Shown here piece by piece: positions 56,231-64,000 of a stretch of 64,000 bases of DNA (positions within the stretch are counted from its first letter, which is position 1; each line of letters opens with the position of its first letter). The position numbers and the translations under genes are program-made. The DNA is taken from assembly GCA_947085325.1 (NCBI GenBank), contig CAMTVY010000006.1, positions 68,889 through 132,888 on the forward strand, in the 5' to 3' direction. Under the pieces are notes generated by a model that was not told the DNA's origin, did no database searches, and was given only the letters and a program-made list of their open reading frames with translations. The stretch is from an uncultured Gammaproteobacteria bacterium (GTDB taxonomy: Bacteria; Pseudomonadota; Gammaproteobacteria; SURF-13).

Positions 56231-57592
56231 TCAGGTGGCCTTGTCTGCGGGTTTAGGCAGTGAGGTCTGAGTGCCGACCTCAGGCACAACGTCCTCGTCG
56301 CCCGGTATGCGCAGCACCTCGCCCATCTTGAGCATGTCGCCGGCAAGCCTGTTGACGCCACGCAGCCTGTCGGGCGTGGTTTGATACTGGTGCGCGATGC
56401 CGACCAGCGTTTCGCCGCGATTGACCACATGCTCGCGCAACGCGAGCACGCTGCCGGGCGGCGCATGCCGCGCAAAATACGAACGCGCACCGCTCATAAT
56501 GGCCTCAGCCAGCGACTGCTGGAAGCGCGGGTCACGCAGCTTGCTTTCCTCTTTCGGATTGGAGATGAAGGCGGTCTCCACCAGTATCGACGGGATATCC
56601 GGCGACTTCAGCACCACAAAACCAGCCTGTTGTACTTGCGGCTTGTGTACATGCCCCACGTCGTTCAGGCTGCTGAGCACTTCAGCGGCAATGACCTGGC
56701 TGGCACTGCTGGTCGCGGTCTGCGACAGATCGAGCAACACCGAGGCCAGCAGTTCGTCCTTGTCTTCCAGACTCACACCCCCGACCAGATCGGCCGCGTT
56801 CTCGCTCTCTGCCAGCCAGCGTGCCGCCTCGCTGCTCGCCCCGCGATCCGACAAGGTGTAGACCGACGAGCCCTTGGCATTGGGATGCAGGAACGCATCG
56901 GCATGAATCGAGATAAACAAATCCGCCTTGTGTTGCCGCGCCTTCTGGATGCGCTGGCGCAGGCTCAGATAATAATCCCCATCGCGAATCATGACCGGGC
57001 GCATGCCCTTTTCCGCACGCACCAAGGCCTCGAGACGGCGCGCCGTCGCCAGCACCACATCTTTTTCCCGCGTGCCATTGCGCCCGCGCGCGCCGGGGTC
57101 TTCACCGCCGTGGCCGGCATCAATGGCGATAATGATCTCGCGTGACACGGGCTGGACTGCCGCCTTGGCATTGTCCGCCACTGCCACTTTGTCCGATAGA
57201 TTGCTGTCCGCTGGCTTAACGGGAGAAAGGTCCACCACCAACCGGTGGCCATACTGCTGGTAGGGCTTGAGCACAAAACTCTTCGCCTCCGCGCCCGGCG
57301 TGAGGGCCAGCGTGAACCGCACGCTCTTCTCCACAGTGTGCACCTGAAGCCCGGTAAGCAGGCCATTCTTGGCATCAACGGCGGGCAGGGCGTGCTTCAG
57401 CGTAGCATGTGCCAGATTGATCTGAACCTGGTCACCCGTACGGTTGAGTTGATACTCCACTGCGGCACTGAGATCAATGACGATGCGTGTGTTATCCGGC
57501 GCGGGCCAGATACGCACACCCTCGACTTGCACAGTCGCCGCCCAAGCCACAGTCGTCAATAGCGAGAACAGCAGTACGCTAAACGTTCTCAT
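56231..57592 (-). CDS. amiB: N-acetylmuramoyl-L-alanine amidase (AmiB/AmiC type) with C-terminal LysM
   Basis: ORF 56231-57655. The likely start is ATG 57592 (MRTFSVLLFSLLTTVAWA). AMIN-like N-domain, Amidase_3 core (IAIDAGHGGEDPGA) and a LysM-like C-terminus. Confidence 0.88.
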   Translation of the reverse strand: MRTFSVLLFSLLTTVAWAATVQVEGVRIWPAPDNTRIVIDLSAAVEYQLNRTGDQVQINLAHATLKHALPAVDAKNGLLTGLQVHTVEKSVRFTLALTPGAEAKSFVLKPYQQYGHRLVVDLSPVKPADSNLSDKVAVADNAKAAVQPVSREIIIAIDAGHGGEDPGARGRNGTREKDVVLATARRLEALVRAEKGMRPVMIRDGDYYLSLRQRIQKARQHKADLFISIHADAFLHPNAKGSSVYTLSDRGASSEAARWLAESENAADLVGGVSLEDKDELLASVLLDLSQTATSSASQVIAAEVLSSLNDVGHVHKPQVQQAGFVVLKSPDIPSILVETAFISNPKEESKLRDPRFQQSLAEAIMSGARSYFARHAPPGSVLALREHVVNRGETLVGIAHQYQTTPDRLRGVNRLAGDMLKMGEVLRIPGDEDVVPEVGTQTSLPKPADKAT

Positions 57593-57745
57593 GGGTATCG
57601 CCTCACCCCCTGAACCAGCCTTTATTGTAGGAAGGGCGCGTACATTTGCAAGCATTTTTTATTATTTTATTAACAGGATAGCGATTAAACCTCTTGGAGA
57701 GAGTAAAAATATAGTCGCAACTGGGTAACATCCTGACACAAAATA

Positions 57746-58234
57746 TTACTGCCCCCCAGACAGACCCCCTGCGCCCAACCGGGCAACACTGCCCCCGCCC
57801 ACCTGCCCGTGACCGGTCACCAGCGCCCTGCGCCCCGCCCCTGCATGCTCCAGGGCAATTTCGATATCAGGTGCGGGCAGCAGGCCGCAGGCGCGTTCGG
57901 GCCACTCGATCAGGCACACTGCACCGGGCCGGAAATAATCGCGCAGGCCTAGAGCCTCCAGCTCTGCGGGGTGGGTGAGGCGGTAAAGATCAAAATGGTA
58001 GACCGTCCTCCCCGCCAAGGCATAGGGCTCCACCAGCGTATAGGTCGGGCTCTTTACCGTACCGCTGTGGCCCAGTGCATGCAGCAGGCCACGCACCAGG
58101 GTGGTTTTACCCGCCCCCAACTCGCCCGTGAGATATATCGTCAGCCCTTCATGGATGCCGCCCGCGAGCGCCGCGCCCAATGCCTCCATGGCGTCAGCGC
58201 TCGGCACTGCGCGTTGATACCGTAGCGGGCTCAC
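57746..58234 (-). CDS. tsaE: tRNA t6A biosynthesis ATPase TsaE
   Basis: GELGAGKTTLVRG P-loop, 162 aa. Confidence 0.9.
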   Translation of the reverse strand: MSPLRYQRAVPSADAMEALGAALAGGIHEGLTIYLTGELGAGKTTLVRGLLHALGHSGTVKSPTYTLVEPYALAGRTVYHFDLYRLTHPAELEALGLRDYFRPGAVCLIEWPERACGLLPAPDIEIALEHAGAGRRALVTGHGQVGGGSVARLGAGGLSGGQ

Positions 58235-59712
58235 AGGCTATTGACCAGCGCACGCAACTGCGGCATGAGATCCCGCGCGAGCAGTCCGCGCATGCCTGCT
58301 GTTGCCGCCGCGCGATCCCCGGCCGTCGCGTGCAGCCAGACACCCAGGCGTGCCGCCTCACCCGCAGCCAGCCCCTGGGCCAGCAGCGCGGCGATCACAC
58401 CGCTCAATACATCACCCATGCCGGCGCTCGCCATGCCGGGATTGCCCGCCGCGCACACCGCTACTGGTTCATCCGTCGACGCCACCAGCGTGCCCGCGCC
58501 CTTCAGCACGCATACGCCGCCGTAGCGGCGTTGCAGTTCACGCGCCGCGTGAAACCGGTCTGCCTGCACCTCCGCCGGGCTGCACCCCAGCAAGCGCGCG
58601 GCCTCGCCGGGGTGAGGCGTAAGCACCCAGGTCTGACGCGTGACCGGCCCGGCCGCCAGCAGATTGAGCGCATCGGCATCCATCACGCAGGGCAGACCCG
58701 ACTCCAGCGCAGCGGAAAACAATTCTTGCGCCCACGGCGACTGGCCCAGACCGGGGCCGATCACGCATACATTCGCCGCGCTCAGCAAGGGACGCAGCTC
58801 AGCGCCCTGCGCCACGCCGTAACACAGCAACTCCGGACGTTGCGCGCTGAGTGCTGGCGCATGCGCCATGCGCGTAGCGATGGTGACCAGCCCGGCGCCG
58901 GTACGCGCCGCCGCCTCCGCTGCCAGCCGCACCGCGCCGGACATGCCGTGATCGCCACCGATCGCCAGCACACGACCGTAGTCTCCCTTGTGGGAATTGC
59001 GGCGCCGTACGGCGAGCTTTGTGAGGTTATGGGGCGACAGTAAAACAGCGCTGGGCGCGGTGTGCTCAAACAGCCGTGATGGTACCTCCAGATCATGCAG
59101 CACAATGCTGCCGCAGTGATCCGGGCCGTCTGCGGTAAACATGCCTTGCTTGAGCGCGAGAAAACTTGCCGTGCGGTCGGCCTGCACTGCAACCCCCGGC
59201 ACGCACCCCGTATCGGCGTGCAGCCCGGAGGGCAGGTCGAGCGCGAGCACCGGCGTGGGCGCGGCGTTGATGGCCTCTATCGCCGTGCGCCATTCGCCTG
59301 CTACCTCGCGCCCCAACCCGATACCGAGCAGCGCATCGACGATAATATCGGCAGCGTGCAACCCAGACGAGGTAAATGCCGACACAGACACACCGGCCGC
59401 AAGCAAGGCTGCTCTCGCAGCGCACGCGTCGCCTTTGATGTCCGCAGCGTCACCCACTTGCAGCACCTGCACTGTCATGCCGGCCTGCGCCGCGCAGTGG
59501 GCGAGCACAAAGCCGTCACCGCCGTTATTACCCACGCCGCACACCACAGCGATGCCACGCGCCTGCGGCCAACGTGCGCGCAGTTCGGCAAACGCAGCGC
59601 GCCCCGCGCGCGCCATCAGCAGTGCGCCGGGGATATGGCATTCATCGATGGCCGCACGGTCAAGCGCGCGTACCTGCGCGGCACGGTAGAGATTGCAGGA
59701 TGAGGTGGTCAT
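58231..59712 (-). CDS. nnr: bifunctional NAD(P)H-hydrate epimerase/dehydratase
   Basis: YjeF N- and C-terminal domains. 493 aa. Upstream of tsaE as in E. coli. Confidence 0.88.
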   Translation of the reverse strand: MTTSSCNLYRAAQVRALDRAAIDECHIPGALLMARAGRAAFAELRARWPQARGIAVVCGVGNNGGDGFVLAHCAAQAGMTVQVLQVGDAADIKGDACAARAALLAAGVSVSAFTSSGLHAADIIVDALLGIGLGREVAGEWRTAIEAINAAPTPVLALDLPSGLHADTGCVPGVAVQADRTASFLALKQGMFTADGPDHCGSIVLHDLEVPSRLFEHTAPSAVLLSPHNLTKLAVRRRNSHKGDYGRVLAIGGDHGMSGAVRLAAEAAARTGAGLVTIATRMAHAPALSAQRPELLCYGVAQGAELRPLLSAANVCVIGPGLGQSPWAQELFSAALESGLPCVMDADALNLLAAGPVTRQTWVLTPHPGEAARLLGCSPAEVQADRFHAARELQRRYGGVCVLKGAGTLVASTDEPVAVCAAGNPGMASAGMGDVLSGVIAALLAQGLAAGEAARLGVWLHATAGDRAAATAGMRGLLARDLMPQLRALVNSL

Positions 59713-59781
59713 GCGCCTATCATAGGTAAGCGCACGCTGTGCGGCAATTATGCAGGCAGGAGGGTTGGGGAAGGCTTTATG

Positions 59782-60060
59782 TCAGCGCTCACTGTGGCCG
59801 AGGTCTTTTCCCGGCGCGATACGGTCTCGCACCAGTTGCTTGAGCTCCTTCGACTCCGGGAAGCGGTCGTGCTGCTTGCGCGAGAACAGGCTGGCGCCCT
59901 CCAGGCGCACGTCGAAGACACCGCCCGTGCCGGGGATCAGTGTCACCCCGCCCAGCTCAGACTCAAACGTGACCAGCAGCTCCTGCGCCAGCCAGGCCGC
60001 ACGCAGCAGCCAGCGGCATTGGGTGCAGTACTCTATTTCAATGCGCGGCTTCACAGCCAT
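59782..60060 (-). CDS. SelW/SelT/SelH (Rdx) family thioredoxin-like protein, Cys form
   Basis: 92 aa. IEIEYCTQCRW has a CxxC motif near the N-terminus, typical of Rdx proteins. Confidence 0.72.
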   Translation of the reverse strand: MAVKPRIEIEYCTQCRWLLRAAWLAQELLVTFESELGGVTLIPGTGGVFDVRLEGASLFSRKQHDRFPESKELKQLVRDRIAPGKDLGHSER

Positions 60061-60079
60061 GGCGGATTTTTACAGACGG

Positions 60080-60679
60080 CTAGTTCAGTTCGCGCTGCAT
60101 GCCGATCAGCGTGAACAGCTCCATGCGCGAGGAGGCATTCTTCAGAAACAGGCCATGCAGCTTGCTGGTTGTGGTCCACGAGCTCGGCTTGCGCGCACCG
60201 CGGTAGCACATACAGAAATGCTGACACTGCAGGATCACTGCGACCCCTTGCGGTTGCAGGACTTCCTCAATACTGTCGGCGATCTGCGCGGTAAGCTTCT
60301 CCTGCACCTGCAGGCGCTTGGCATAAATATCCACCACCCGCGCCAGCTTGGAGAGACCGACAATGCGCCCGTTGGGTATATAGGCCACGTGCGCCTTGCC
60401 GACGAAGGGCACCATATGGTGCTCGCAGTGGCTGTGCAGGTCGATGTCCGACACCAGCACCAGTTCGTCATAGCCTTGCACGTCCTCGAAGGTCTTGCGC
60501 AGGTGCTCCTTGGGGTCTTGCGTATAGCCCTGGAAGTGGTCATCCAGCACATCCAGCACCCGCGCCGGTGTATCGCGCAGGCCATCCCGGTCCGGATCCT
60601 CGCCGATATACTCCAGCATCGAGCGGATACCGGCCTTCAGCGCTTCGGCGCTTTTGCCGCGTTTGTCTGTCTTTGACAT
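60080..60679 (-). CDS. folE: GTP cyclohydrolase I (FolE type I)
   Basis: [11 protein letters not shown] motif, 199 aa. Confidence 0.93.
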   Translation of the reverse strand: MSKTDKRGKSAEALKAGIRSMLEYIGEDPDRDGLRDTPARVLDVLDDHFQGYTQDPKEHLRKTFEDVQGYDELVLVSDIDLHSHCEHHMVPFVGKAHVAYIPNGRIVGLSKLARVVDIYAKRLQVQEKLTAQIADSIEEVLQPQGVAVILQCQHFCMCYRGARKPSSWTTTSKLHGLFLKNASSRMELFTLIGMQRELN

Positions 60680-60759
60680 AGTGATTCCCTGTGCAGGTTG
60701 CGTTCACACGCTTCCCGTGATTTTACATGCTGTTAACTGGGACGACCAACGCAGATTGG

Positions 60760-61050
<291 letters not shown>

Positions 61051-61116
61051 TTAGGAGGGAGATACGATACTATACCCGATCAATTCGATCAACAATTAAC
61101 CCGCCCGCTGCGTTGC

Positions 61117-62765
<1,649 letters not shown>

Positions 62766-62838
62766 AGGCTTATCCTCACGTTATTAATACAATTATCTTG
62801 AATTTATGCCGGACACACCGCTGCAGCCGCAACAGTTT

Positions 62839-63213
62839 TCATAGCTGTCTCGCGGCTATCATGCCGACCCAGGTGGCGCCCAGGCATACCACCACACTCG
62901 ACACCACATTGAGTAGCGCCTTCACCTGCGCACCCTCCTCAAGCAGACTAACGGTCTCCATCGAAAACGCGGAAAAGGTGGTAAACCCGCCCAACACACC
63001 TATCAGCAGCCCTGCGCGCCAGACCGGCGCCAGACTCGCGCGCTCGGTAAGCCACACAAACAACACACCCATGAGCAGACACCCCAGCACATTCACCATC
63101 AACGTGCCATAAGGGAAACCACGCCCCAGTTGCGCATGCGTCCAGTTGGACATCCAGAAGCGCAGCACGGAGCCCAGCGCGCCGCCTGCGGCGATGGCGA
63201 GTGTTTGTATCAC
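62839..63213 (-). CDS. crcB: fluoride ion channel CrcB
   Basis: ORF 62839-63396. The likely start is GTG 63213 (VIQTLAIAAGGALGSVLRF). GGFTTFSAFS motif. About 124 aa with four TM segments. Confidence 0.85.
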   Translation of the reverse strand: MIQTLAIAAGGALGSVLRFWMSNWTHAQLGRGFPYGTLMVNVLGCLLMGVLFVWLTERASLAPVWRAGLLIGVLGGFTTFSAFSMETVSLLEEGAQVKALLNVVSSVVVCLGATWVGMIAARQL

Positions 63214-63223
63214 GGTATCTGAC

Positions 63224-64000
63224 CTATTTCTTCTTGGTATCGGACGCTTGCCGGTCAAGCGCACGCAAATGGGCAAGCTTTTCGGCGATTTTAATTTCCA
63301 GCCCGCGTGGTACGGGATGATAATATATTTTGCTGCCCATTTCCTCCGGAAAATAACGCTCGCCGGCGGCGTAAGCCTCGGCCTCCTCGTGGGCATAGCG
63401 ATAGTCCTTGCCGTAATCGAGTTCCTTCATCAGGCGTGTGGGCGCGTTGCGCAGTTGCAGCGGCACCTCCAGTGATCCATGGTCGCGCGCGTCACGCATC
63501 GCGGCGCCAAACGCCGTGTAGACAGCATTGCTTTTGGGCGCGCAGGCCATATAGACCACGGCCTGCGCCAGCGCCAACTCGCCTTCGGGGCTGCCCAACC
63601 GCTCCAGCACATCCCACGCTTCGCGGGCGATGGTGAGTGCGCGCGGGTCAGCGTTGCCGATGTCTTCGCTCGCCATGCGCAGCACGCGCCGCGCGATATA
63701 GAGCGGATCGCAACCACCGTCGAGCATGCGCGCTAGCCAGTAGAGAGCGGCATCAGGTGAAGAGCCGCGCACCGATTTGTGCAGCGCGGAAATCTGGTCG
63801 TAAAACGCCTCACCATATTTGTCGAAGCGACGCGTGCTGCCGCCACTCAGCACGTCATTCAATAATTCCCCGGTGATCGTATCGCGTCCGTCTCCGGGCT
63901 CGGCAAGATCGGCGGCGACTTCCAGCAGATTCAGCGCGCGCCGCGCATCGCCGTCGGCGGCAAGCGCCAGGCGGTCGCGCAATGCTTCAGTCATTTCCAG
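63224..64000 (-). CDS. rarA: replication-associated recombination protein A (N-terminal part lies outside the window)
   Basis: MgsA C-terminal region (DGDARRALNLLE, FDKYGEAFYDQISALHKSVRGS, KIYYHPVPRGLE). The frame is open to the window edge. Confidence 0.9.
   Translation of the reverse strand: MEMTEALRDRLALAADGDARRALNLLEVAADLAEPGDGRDTITGELLNDVLSGGSTRRFDKYGEAFYDQISALHKSVRGSSPDAALYWLARMLDGGCDPLYIARRVLRMASEDIGNADPRALTIAREAWDVLERLGSPEGELALAQAVVYMACAPKSNAVYTAFGAAMRDARDHGSLEVPLQLRNAPTRLMKELDYGKDYRYAHEEAEAYAAGERYFPEEMGSKIYYHPVPRGLEIKIAEKLAHLRALDRQASDTKKK

Overview
GC-rich, almost wall-to-wall coding window of core proteobacterial chromosome. The block nnr-tsaE-amiB-mutL-miaA-hfq-hflX-hflK-hflC-hisZ-purA has gammaproteobacterial-type synteny. 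Minus-strand blocks: accA(partial)-dnaE-rnhB-lpxB-lpxA-fabZ-lpxD-skp-bamA-rseP-dxr-cdsA-uppS-frr-pyrH-tsf-rpsB; recR-ybaB-dnaX preceded by SRP RNA (ffs) and tRNA-Ser(GGA); uup-mtgA; dinB; ybiT; csp; hda; and rarA(partial)-crcB-orf-serS with folE and nnr nearby. Plus-strand blocks: map-glnD, dapC-dapD-arsC-like-dapE, fbp, yaeQ, and purM-purN. I recognise no transposase, integrase, prophage, CRISPR array, toxin-antitoxin pair or multi-gene defence or accessory island, so I cannot honestly nominate a novel protein-coding system here. The unexplained signal is non-coding. (1) Between ffs and tRNA-Ser(GGA) sit two tandem ~120-nt paralogous elements that keep four hairpins despite stem sequence changes, together with an exact 21-nt duplicate of the tRNA-Ser 3' end. 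(2) A three-copy REP-like intergenic element family. (3) Two long, heptad-periodic imperfect hairpins that fill intercistronic gaps inside conserved operons (lpxA-lpxB and frr-uppS). Minor coding curiosities are an Ala/Lys-rich tail on ribosomal protein S2, a stand-alone 124-aa Rossmann ORF, and an acidic-tailed unknown ORF between crcB and serS. All calls come from reading the translations and sequence by eye. No database search or folding program was run.
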